NCBI GenBank assembly: GCA_965649765.1
Contig: OZ287748.1
Location: 68,138,001-68,202,000, forward strand
DNA: 64,000 nt
From: Bispira polyomma
Lineage: Eukaryota
Direction: 5' to 3'
Under the pieces are notes generated by a model. It saw only the letters and a list, made by a program, of their open reading frames with translations, was not told the DNA's origin and made no database searches. This document shows positions 54,001 to 62,111 of the stretch, in pieces; the first letter of the stretch is position 1; every line of letters starts with the position of its first letter. A program made the translations under genes and the position numbers.

Positions 54001-54456
54001 GTAGTGTGGTGTCGTGTCTTGACCACTGTGTATTACTGTCGTGCAGTGAGGTGTCATTCCCTGTAGTGAAATGTAGTGTTGTCTAGTCGACGGTTTGTAA
54101 GGCCCTTAATGTGAACAACTAACCAATAAGTGCCAAGGCATTTTGAATGTCTTGCAATTTTTTTTAAAAAGTTGAATAGAATAAAGATCATGGAATATAT
54201 TGACAATACCTTCCAATGAAGACAAAATGTCCAACACGGCCCTTTCTTTCAGTCGCTTTCAGAAGTCCCCTGATCGTGTTTCCCTCACAGAAACAGATCA
54301 CCACCCGGGCACTTTCCTTCTCCAGCAAGGTGTCAATCACCTCATCGTAGGCGGAGTCATCTGCATTGTTTGGCACATCATCTGTAGCTGCTTCACAAAT
54401 CCCTGTGTCCTTCAACATCTGTCTGAATACCTGCCACCCACTGGCACCATAGTTAC
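15830..54456 (-). CDS. GRM1/5: Group I metabotropic glutamate receptor, spliced, 5'-partial (8 coding exons in window, 3260 nt, ~1085 aa)
   Basis: All exons have AG/GT boundaries with matching phases. The product has Venus-flytrap motifs (GNYG, FCEG, GSDGW, DAKLGFV), a Cys-rich domain (CSKPC, CCWVCTPC) and a 7TM region. The i2 loop KTNRIARILAGSKKKIMTRKPRFMSA and the proximal tail KPERNNRSAFTTS are diagnostic of mGluR1/5. The signal peptide and first lobe were not found, so they are presumed to lie beyond 64000. Confidence 0.96.
18539..18803 (-). mobile_element. SINE family 1, poly(A) tail
   Basis: Same body as the other copies. TSD-like flanks tgtgccatatgt / tgtgccgtatgt. Confidence 0.88.
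19110..19437. repeat. 47-bp minisatellite, 7 copies
   Basis: acacaggtga recurs at 19111, 19158, 19205, 19252, 19299, 19346 and 19393. Confidence 0.95.
20356..20535. repeat. (TA)n and (GA)n microsatellites
   Basis: (TA)n at ~20356-20388 and (GA)n at ~20509-20534. Confidence 0.9.
20722..20990. mobile_element. Foldback-like MITE with GGGATTTTGTCC subterminal repeats
   Basis: Two ggacaaaatccc-like motifs on the left and about six gggattttgt(c/a)cc motifs in the opposite orientation on the right. Confidence 0.55.
24240..24488 (+). mobile_element. SINE family 1, poly(A) tail
   Basis: Perfect 14-bp TSD actaattgaaagga at 24226-24239 and 24489-24502. Confidence 0.92.
25835..26003. mobile_element. 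Tc1/pogo-type MITE (CAGTAGAACCTC-like ends); relatives at ~33990-34053, ~36100-36263, ~19685-19863, ~23130-23170
   Basis: Degenerate termini cagta(g/a)aacc...gtt(c)tac with internal ttatccgaac / gttcggataa motifs. The last two relatives have cagtcaaa-type ends. Confidence 0.55.
26141..26331 (-). CDS. GRM1/5: mGluR exon G (TM7 and proximal tail: VITMCLAITLSATVALVLLFFPKIYII...DSMN)
   Basis: Acceptor TGTTTCAG|GTGATC, donor AACAG|GTATCC. 191 nt, phase 0 to 2. This is the most proximal of many duplicated acceptors, chosen because it gives the canonical ECL3-TM7 spacing. Confidence 0.88.
26332..27215 (-). repeat. Compound minisatellite derived from the exon G splice acceptor and TM7 start (30-nt and 65-72-nt units)
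   Basis: The minus-strand junction TGTTT(C/T)AG|GTGA(T/C)CAC recurs with exon-start positions 26361, 26391, 26463, 26528, 26552, 26582, 26651, 26681, 26711, 26741, 26810 (AG lost), 26840, 26909, 27176 (GT lost) and 27206. Confidence 0.93.
26914..27166 (-). mobile_element. SINE family 1 inserted in the splice-acceptor array
   Basis: Full-length copy with (TTCAAA)n tail. Flanks tagtgatcacctgga / tggtgatcccctgga resemble a TSD. Confidence 0.9.
28423..28744. repeat. 23-24-bp minisatellite, ~14 copies
   Basis: Consensus approximately atatagttgaacccctcaaatatt. Confidence 0.9.
29291..29994 (-). CDS. GRM1/5: mGluR exon F (TM1-TM6)
   Basis: Acceptor TTTCCAG|CCTGT, donor AAG|GTGAGA. 704 nt, phase 1 to 0. 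Contains TPVVKASTRELSY, KTNRIARIL and PENFNEAKFIGFTMYTTC. Confidence 0.96.
30772..32089. mobile_element. Composite inverted-repeat element enclosing a satellite array
   Basis: ~45-bp inverted repeat at 30781-30824 / 32046-32089. A second inverted repeat ggaagagtataagaggcaa (30774) / ttggcccttatgctcttcc (30918-30936) overlaps the left arm. Confidence 0.6.
31096..31892. repeat. Satellite array: ~4 units of 30 bp followed by ~16 units of 41-44 bp
   Basis: Consensus ggtcaaaagtagttaatcagggcaagacacaaaacagtcataga. Confidence 0.93.
33194..33317 (-). CDS. GRM1/5: mGluR exon E (Cys-rich: KINVGGIKCCWVCTPCKDNE...GWWPNDDLT)
   Basis: Acceptor TTTCTCAG|AAAATC, donor ACAG|GTAGGA. 124 nt, phase 0 to 1. Confidence 0.93.
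34260..34477 (-). mobile_element. tRNA-derived SINE family 2 (V-domain-like); related copies at ~18180-18390 (-), ~46585-46808 (-) and two tandem 3' halves at ~60500-60760 (+)
   Basis: Head TGGCCTAGTGGTTAG...GGGTTCCAATCC. Body AAAGTTTGTCAGGTACTT...GTAGGTCGGTGGTTT...CACCGGTTTCTTTCACC, 3' end AGCTGTTCAAAG. Resembles mollusc V-SINE cores from memory, not from a search. Confidence 0.72.
36610..36865 (-). mobile_element. SINE family 1, poly(A) tail
   Basis: 13-bp TSD taaagcatgtgaa at 36597-36609 and 36867-36879. Confidence 0.92.
37629..37716. repeat. 22-bp tandem repeat, 4 copies
   Basis: tgcacaccttcacccaccatag repeated. Confidence 0.9.
38392..38648 (+). mobile_element. SINE family 1, (TTCAAA)n tail
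   Basis: TSD tgtgatggtagca / tgtgatggtaaca. Confidence 0.92.
38760..38945. repeat. ~93-bp tandem duplication
   Basis: aattacctag.aatcttaaggtattattgccataaaactgatgt...taatacaagtgtgtt occurs twice. Confidence 0.9.
40140..40338 (-). CDS. GRM1/5: mGluR exon D (YDIMNY...VGGW...SVCSKPCPAGQVK)
   Basis: Acceptor ATCCTCAG|ATATGAC, donor AAG|GTAAAT. 199 nt, phase 2 to 0. Confidence 0.94.
40770..41025 (+). mobile_element. SINE family 1
   Basis: Full-length copy. TSD-like flanks tgaagagaaaggc / tgaagagagaggc. Confidence 0.92.
41040..41140. repeat. Dispersed repeat fragment, also at ~63866-63968
   Basis: gcttg.ggatgaccatttatcaac.t.cc.aaggatc...tgacagaggac...atttt...atcc.agcc occurs at both sites. Confidence 0.7.
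42342..42570 (-). mobile_element. SINE family 1, older diverged copy
   Basis: Recognisable body (taggttatattgggacgg...ccagaggtgagagaccagt) with many substitutions and a damaged head. Confidence 0.8.
42945..43191 (-). CDS. GRM1/5: mGluR exon C (NESLAEEY...DAKLGFVVNAIY...NENGDPPGR)
   Basis: Acceptor GCTTTAG|GCAAT, donor GGAAG|GTAAGA. 247 nt, phase 1 to 2. Confidence 0.94.
43403..43635 (-). CDS. GRM1/5: mGluR exon B (DGWNVR...RNEWFQEFWQQKFEC...CT)
   Basis: Acceptor TTTTCAG|CGATGG, donor ACTG|GTGAGT. 233 nt, phase 2 to 1. Confidence 0.94.
45019..45143 (-). mobile_element. SINE family 1, 5'-truncated 3' end with poly(C)+poly(A) tail on the element strand
   Basis: 45067-45143 matches the SINE 3' end and is preceded on the + strand by a T run and a G run. 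Confidence 0.8.
45542..45786 (-). mobile_element. SINE family 1, near full length
   Basis: Same body as the other copies, (TTCAAA)n tail, first few head bases missing. Confidence 0.88.
53825..54105. mobile_element. MITE with TTAA TSD (Kolobok-like)
   Basis: ttaa|gggctttacaa ... ttgtaaggccc|ttaa. CACTA-like pentamers on the left are mirrored by TAGTG-like pentamers on the right. Confidence 0.72.
54210..54456 (-). CDS. GRM1/5: mGluR exon A (VFT: GNYGASGWQVF...VICFCEG...FVFIGS)
   Basis: Acceptor CTTTCAG|GTAAC, donor GGAAG|GTATTG. 247 nt, phase 1 to 2. Overlaps ORF 54188..54418. Confidence 0.93.
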
Positions 54457-54828
54457 CTGAAAGGTAAGGTATGCAGAGTTAATAGTTAATAGCCTTTAAT
54501 ACTCTTAAGGCCACCTTTAATTAAACTTGCTAATGTATGTGTTATAGTAGTGACTTAAATTCATATTCCAAACTCATAATGAAGATTATCTTGAAAGTAT
54601 AACCTAACTTCAGGTTAGGGTAATCTGAAACTCATGTCTTTAACTTAAGGTCGCCTTAATTACATTCAAGTAAATAGCATAGTGGATCTAACATATAGAA
54701 AGGATTAAACTAATACTCCCAAGTGATTGTTTTTGCTGACTTCATACATATTTCTATGGCAGAGGCACTGAACATAATGACAAAACCATATCAAATAAAA
54801 TTAACTATATGTAGAGATAAGAAAATAT

Positions 54829-54900
54829 CTCCCCGTCCGGGAATCGAACCCGGGTCTCCCGCGTGACAGGCGGGGATACTTACCACTATACTAACGAGGA
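54829..54900 (-). tRNA. tRNA-Asp (GTC), intronic
   Basis: Minus strand reads TCCTCGTTAGTATAGTGGTAAGTATCCCCGCCTGTCACGCGGGAGACCCGGGTTCGATTCCCGGACGGGGAG (72 nt). This is a canonical metazoan tRNA-Asp with intact stems and A and B boxes, followed by a TTTT Pol III terminator. Confidence 0.97.
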
Positions 54901-55869
54901 GTGATACGTTCTGCTTAATTTTACAGATTGATATTTACACTGTGAAGTACTAATGCTAAATTCATTTGACATGCTTTTATTTCCTCTCCTGTAGTTTTTT
55001 TGGTTTCTTTGTTTTAATTGTTTTTCGAATGTCTGTCTTTTTTTGGCACTGGCCAGGCTATGACTTAGGCTATCGATATATGTTAACAGTGCCATGGAAG
55101 CCCAACAACATATCCCATAATATCTTAATACATATCTGAATCAATACTCAGAATAATGGGGGAATATATATTAATATATACTACTAGTGCTATTTCTTCA
55201 CCCAAAGATTTTATGTTTTCACCCATATATTCGTTGGGTGGTTGGTTTGTTTCACTTTGTTTGTCACTGTGGTGCCTTGGTTAAGTTAGGCACTTCACTG
55301 AGTGCCCTAATTTTAGTAATGGTTTTATTACAACTGGGTAGAATGTTTCTTTTCCTTCATAGTATAAAAGTGTTGATTGATACAATTTTAACATACTGCA
55401 TCCGGTGACAACTATTGGTTTTAAACTAAGCCTGGCATTGTTCTAGATATTATGGATCCAAGATATTTTTAGCATAAGGTTTATTCTATAAAGACAAGCA
55501 AACTCTCTAGTATGTTGGTCAATGGATTTGCCTACCAAACAAATGCATGAAATTATTTAAAAATCTGAAAGCATAGCCTTATTACACTGTAATCGATATA
55601 TTCACCTATTGTATGTGTCCTGAATCCATAGCCAACTCAGAAATGATTAACCACTACACATGTTTTTTTACACATAAGAAAGCCATATCAGAAGGCAATA
55701 ATAAAGGGTCATATGTCAATGCTCATTTGCACACATATATCACATCATTTTTATATAATTTAGGTTTATCCTATGACCATAGCAGTAAAATTCTTATAGA
55801 GGAGTCTTATTTCATACTAAGCACTTATGGAACTGTAGCTGTATTCTCCAAATAACTCAAAAATCTCAA

Positions 55870-56296
55870 CAAAGACTCAAGACCAACTTTCACAGATTTG
55901 TTTATCTCTGGCTAGAAGATACATGACATCTGACTGCATATTTGATTTCAGTGTTGAAAGCTCTATTAAAATGAATCGTCACAAGTGTAGGTTATTTGCC
56001 TGTATAAGAGTTAACAGATGGCCTTCGCATTATTCGAGTTTCTGGGTTTGAGTATGATTTTTTTTTTTTTGGAGGGGGGGGTGGGGGTGTCCCCACAAAG
56101 ACTCAAGACCAACTCTAAAGATTTCCCGATCTTCGGCCACGAGAGGGGAGATACATGAAATCTGGCTGCATATTTGATTTCAGTGTTGAAATCCCCATTA
56201 AAATGAATGGTCACAAGTGTAGGTTTTTTCCCTATACAAGATTTGACAGACGGCCTTCACCTTCTTCTAAGTTTCTAAGTTTTTTTTTTTTTTTTT

Positions 56297-56327
<31 letters not shown>

Positions 56328-56328
56328 G
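55870..56328. repeat. ~225-bp diverged tandem duplication, each unit ending in a T run and a G run
   Basis: caaagactcaagaccaact at 55870 and 56096. Both units share ctgcatatttgatttcagtgttgaaa...gtcacaagtgtagg. Confidence 0.85.
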
Positions 56329-57482
56329 AGAATAGAGGGTCCATGGGTAAGAGGTTTCAAACACAATATGGCTAGCAGCTTCCTGTACCAATCCATCACC
56401 CAGTCTTAATGACCCCAATCATGTGACACCCATGTCAGCACCCTCCGATTTATGACCCAAGCAAATGCTGCTTAAGACAAGGAAAAGAAAGGTTTGGGGA
56501 TGGGGGGTTTAGTGGGGGGGGAGGGGGGGAGAAACAACAAAAAGGGAGAAGATTTTCTTCCAAATCCCCTCTTGCGTCTTTGTGGTATTTTTAAATCATA
56601 GTCAAGTAGAAACCCTTTTTTCTTCTCCTGTTTTAAAAAAGGATAATTGTTTTCAACAGAATAATCATCGCTTTAGTTTGCAAAGGACTAAAATTAGATG
56701 ATGTTTTAGGTATTGTATATCTTAATATTGTAAAATCCTGTAACCACATCATCGAAATTAACAATTTAGTTTCAGATATCCCATTTTTTTTTTTTGTCTA
56801 CCATTTAAGGGCAAGGCGGGCATAAGTTCAGTCAGTAAGTTTGATGTGAATTGAAAAGGTGTCTAAGAAAGAACATTTTAACTCGAGGCCTCCTGAATTA
56901 TTGATGAAACTCCTGCTAAGAGAATTTACGCAAGGATTCCTTTCAAACTTTCACTACTTAAGTTTCCTACTATTTAAGTGAAATATCACATAACTAATCA
57001 ATTTGGTGTCAAATAGCAACATTTTCTGATAGAAATGTGTTCATAAAAAGCACAGAATTCCATATAATATTTTAATTTAAATATAAAAAACAAAGTTTGT
57101 GATGTAATATTCGGAGGAGGAACTTTATTTTATACTATTTTAAAACAACTTTAGCACTATATACAACAATGTTTGAGAACACCCGTCAATAGTTAATACA
57201 CACTATAGGATAAATTATTGTGTTGTAGAAGCTATTGTTAAAGAAAGCCACATGATTGTAACGTGACTTCAAAGATTTGGGTCTGTGATGACAAACCAGG
57301 CCAGACCTGCTCTCTGGGGCACTGTATTTAACACCTAGTCCTTGATAACGGATTTTTAAAGGGCTTCACCAATTAAGAACAAGGTGAGACTACAATTCTA
57401 GAGGGGAAAACATGTCTGTAGAATAAGCATAACAAAACATTAGTTGCAGTTTGGTGCAGAGTGCCCACAATTGTCACACTAA

Positions 57483-58199
57483 GCCTGCGCTTCCTTTCAG
57501 CACATTTTTATCGGCCGTCATCGGCCGACGTCGGCCGATTTTATAAGTCCTTATTTAATATTACCAAGCTCTTCCTTTCAGCATATTTGCAACAGATCTG
57601 ATCCTACGTCGGCCGACGTCTGTTGGGCCATTACATTTTATCTGTCAGGGAGGGAAAAAATCGGGAGGACTGACCGATTTTGAAACAAAAATGGCTGCAA
57701 AAAAGCTATCATAGGCAGAATTTTCATCCCATACCTACTCAATATTCATTGGATGTTGGCGTTGGAAATCGCAGGAGAAAGCTTGTTTTATTGTGATTAC
57801 AGTGCTTTTTTCCCCACCAAAATCCGTTAAGAAACGGCTCAGATATTTAAGTTTATAGATGGGTACTCCATTTAACTTCCTCTTCTACTGTGAATAATAC
57901 GTCACAACAACGTCATAATGACGTCAGTTTTGTAGCTACGTCATAACTTACACATAGGAAGTAAATATGGGTACCCATCTATAAGCTTAAATATCTGAGC
58001 TGTTTCTCAACGGATTTTGATGCAAAAAAAGCACAGTAATCACAATAAAATAGGCTTTCTCCTGCCATTTTCCAAGTCACCATCCGACGAATTTTGAGTG
58101 TATATCGGATGAAAGGAAGCACAACGTCGGCCGACGTCGGATCGGATCGGACACCTTCAAATCGGCCGACGTCGGAATGTGCTAAAAGGAAGCGTAGGC
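57483..58199. mobile_element. PIF/Harbinger-type MITE containing a nested ~390-bp foldback (57722-58113)
   Basis: 24-bp TIR gcctgcgcttcctttcagcacatt / aatgtgctaaaaggaagcgtaggc with a TAA TSD on both sides. Subterminal tcggccgacgtcgg repeats. The inner inverted arms are ~170 bp. Confidence 0.85.
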
Positions 58200-58673
58200 T
58201 AAAATGACTTCAGAGTTATGTTTGCTTCTTCGAAAGATAATTTAACTACACCCAGTGTACAACATTTTAAGTGATTTGTACAATGAAATGATTGTGACAT
58301 ATGTTGATAATTCTAAGAAGTAATTAAATGTTATAATTACAACATAGCTTTTGCTCAATGCTAAGCTTTATTTCCACCTCAAAATTTGTATTCATTAAAA
58401 TCACATATACTTAATTCTTAATTCGGGACGTTGATAAAATAGTCAACCTTAAAGCTTCTGTTTGTCAGTTTGGGAAATGATTGTTATCAGTACTGGTTGG
58501 CTGTACTTGGGGAAGTCCTTTGGGCCTTATTGATATATATTACCCTAAGGCACTTACTTTCCTAAACATATAGTTCTACAACATAGCTTGGGTCATCAGT
58601 AGGCAAGGGGGTGTTCATATCTTGCCAAATGTCAATGTCATCCCCCAAAATAACCTTGTGGCATTAGTAGCAG

Positions 58674-58851
58674 TTGAACAGGGGACATTTCTATCACCAG
58701 ACCAACTTCCCCAACTGGAAGTTCAACCGGGGAACCACATCATCACCAGACCAACTCCCCCAATTGGGAGTTGAACAAGGGACCTTTGATCAGCAGACCA
58801 ACTTTCCCACACAGGAGTTAAACCAGCGCCCTTCTGATCACCAGACCAACC
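58674..58851. repeat. ~47-bp diverged tandem repeat, ~4 copies
   Basis: atcaccagaccaac recurs four times, with gttgaac-like starts. Confidence 0.75.
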
Positions 58852-60043
58852 CACTGGACCAAATGGCTATTTAGAAACCCTAGGTCGGTGAGTCATGTTG
58901 ATCTAAGTTGTACAATTAGAAGGTTAGTTCTGCAATGTCCTACAATGTAACATAACACTTTACACCATCATCTATATGACAAGGTTTTTTTTTTCTATAC
59001 AGCTGAACAGATATACGCCACAGAGTAGGATCAGAGAATGATTGATGTCTCTTATTCGTCACAAAGCTCCACCCACATGTCAGTAAACAGACACATTGAC
59101 CAGTTTTGTCCATGGAGGGGTAACGAGTGCAATATTTATGCTGCATTTTTTTGGAGTAGCTGGACATCATCCGAATAAAGAGAGAGAGAATCCAATTCCT
59201 CCTTATTAGTCATTACCTACAAATGATGGAGCTTTGTACATGAGGGAAGGGGACAAGTATACTTGTAGGAGGGTCAATGACAAATTGTTTTACAACAAGA
59301 GGGGCTACTCCTTATTCTTTGTGTGTATATTTTATTAAAGCTAATGTGGCAGTCACACTGTCCAGGTTCTATAGGGCCGTTTATTCCCGATGTGGAGAAA
59401 ACGTCCAACATTTGTCCATAAACTGGTGAGATCGGCAAGAACGGGAGGCAGAGCCGGAAATTTTGAACACGTTCAAAACCTCTGTGGGTTGTCGGCTCTG
59501 AAAGCACATCATGAGAGAACTGGACAAAAAAGGGGGGTGTTGGGGCTTAAACGGGGCATAAACAGGGCTTAAACTGCTCAGAACTTGTGTAAATAGGGCT
59601 TAAATTGCTAAGAACTTGTGATCTGGCCAGAACTGAAGTAATTTGGTGTAATCTGGAGCAAACGTTACATGAACGTGTGATAAACTGTTTAGATCTAGTC
59701 TGGTCTGGGCATAAATTCGTCATAAACTGGTAAGATCTGGTCAACACTGGCCATATCCTGGGCATAAACGGGGCTAAAGGGGGAATAAACAGGGGATGCA
59801 AAATTATGCAAATGCAAATGACCATCCCCCCACCCCCCATTCTCTCCCAATCAGCCAAGTTCAAATGATCGGAAGTAAGCTGATATAAACGTGGCCAGAA
59901 CTTTGGAGTGACTGTCACATAAGCACCAGCAAATAAAAAATAAAATAGCATGGAATAGCATCTATATTTGGTATGCATTCAACATGCGGAGGGAGGGTCT
60001 CATCTTTTTCTGCCATATTTATAGTTTTAAAACAATATAACTA

Positions 60044-60152
60044 GGGGCGGTATTTATAAAAGGGCTAAGTCTAGACATTCTCCTAAGTCTTGCACAAAAG
60101 TATATTAAATCTAAAACAATGCTGGGCTTAGTCCCTTTGTGAATACCACCCC
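60044..60152. mobile_element. Short MITE with gtattcacaaa-type TIR; similar termini at ~6697-6921, ~48776-48912 and ~37090
   Basis: ggggcggtatttataaaaggg..ctaag pairs with cttagtccctttgtgaataccacccc. Confidence 0.6.
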
Positions 60153-61786
60153 AGGTCTAAAACAATTTTTATTATTAAAAACCAGATAATTTTTTTAAAG
60201 TTTTATTCTTTGGCGAACATTTAGCAGTCATTCTTCCTGAGGACATAGTTTTAATTGACTTTACCCCTCCAAAATTGACGTATTTTGTTTTGTACATTGG
60301 ACTGGCCTGTTCTTGACGGATTTGGCTGCCAGTGAGTAGCCATTATTTAGACGTAAATAGACAGATAAATATAGAATAATTGATAGCCCTGGAGGGACAA
60401 GAACCCAGTAAAAACACTACACCCATTTATTCACATCACCCTATTAGGGGTTTGTGTTATGATGCAGTTTAGCAATAATACATTATGTCAAACTCTGCTA
60501 TAGAGCTGTTTGCTACTTCTCGTAGGTCGGTGTTTTTACAGTGGCTTTAGCACAGGCTTCTTCCACCCATTAAATCCGGCCGACCTGAACTTAAGCTGTT
60601 GAAAGAGACATATAAGCCAACTAAATTCTAAAAATTTACAGAGCTGTTCTTACTTGGTTTTCGGTGGTTTTACAATACTTCAGCACTGGCTTCTTCCACC
60701 TATTAAATCCGGCCGTCCTGATACAATGTAAAGCTGTCGAAAGCGACATAAAACCAATTAATGCTAATTATTTTTTGAGCAGTTGACAGTTATTGTTATA
60801 TCTGTTAAAAAAACATTATAATTGTGGTTATTTACAAAGGTTAACCTGTATGGCAATAAACCCTTTTAAAATAAATCTCAACATTGAGAATAAGCATAAT
60901 CTCTCTATTTTCTCTTGATTTACACTGACATATATCGCTAATGAATTAGACATATTTTTAGTTTAATGTCATTCTCGAATAACTCTGTATTACATCACTA
61001 CCAGTAGTTTATTGGTTGAGAAAAGCAGTACAGGGTAGAAGGTACTTTAGGTATTTGTTGATAATCTAAAACCACTGACCATCAGAAAGTCTACTGCCAA
61101 CATACTCAAATACAGGCTATGGTTTAAATTAAAATCACTGACTGCAAAAGTGGGAGGCGAGGGTATTACTTCGACAGCAGCAAAGTCCCTGAACGTATAA
61201 TAATATATATCTTTCCACAGTGTTTTAATACTATTACAAAATATATTTATAGGAACTTAGCTCCTCTATTTATATGTATAGTAAAATGTAATATTCTAAT
61301 TTGTCAAGTAAAACAGTAACATATGATACTATAATGTAATGTAATGTGTGTGTAGGTTTATAATGAGATATCACCTCTATTGAGGTGTGATCTCACTTTC
61401 TAATTTAAACCCCCGGCCTGGCGTTCTCTTGTTACCACTTGCTTTGTTCATGACCAGGTCACACCTTCACGTGCTAGCGTTCTCCAATGTACCAAAGCCA
61501 TATAAACTGAAAAAGGAGGTAGTTTCGTGTAAAAGTAACGTCATTTCCATAAAATGAGGAGTCGATTGTGACGTTTTGTGGTGTTTTTGTGATGATGTTG
61601 GTACTTATACACATGACGCGGGGGAAAAAACAGACCTCTTTACTGGTCTTTACTGCTACTTCGTGAAACATTTCTTGACTAATGGAGACGGGTGGAGACG
61701 ATCTCCCTACTTACTGCTACGTTGTTATGCTACGTTACGCTCATTTACAGACGAGTGGAGAGGTTCTTGAGAAACGGAGAGTTCTG

Positions 61787-62111
61787 CAGGGGTGTAGCTA
61801 CCATTAATGCCAGTACGCCCAGGCATACCAATTTAATGACAAGAAAGAAAAAAAAAATGAAAAAAAAAAAAAAAAATTCTTCTTATGCTGTTTGTTTTAG
61901 TAGTAAGATTCTTGTTGTTTAATAAAAAAAATTGTTCAATAAAAAAAAAAATAAAATTTTGGTAATCCAAAATATTATGTTGATGACACCCCCCCCCCCC
62001 CCCCCCCCCCACACACACACACCCCCCACGAATTAAATTTTTGGTAGGACAAAAAAAAAGAACCTAATATATTTTGGTAGTAACAGATGACAAATCCTGG
62101 CTACTCCCCTG
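61787..62111. mobile_element. MITE with CAGGGG termini and 5-bp TSD
   Basis: TIR caggggtgtagc / gctactcccctg flanked by ttctg on both sides. The interior is mostly A and C runs. Confidence 0.7.

Noticed and set aside
59370-59978. 143-aa minus-strand ORF in a region rich in gggcataaac motifs
   Set aside because: Low-complexity, transposon-like subterminal repeats with no domain motif or splice support. Element ends could not be defined.
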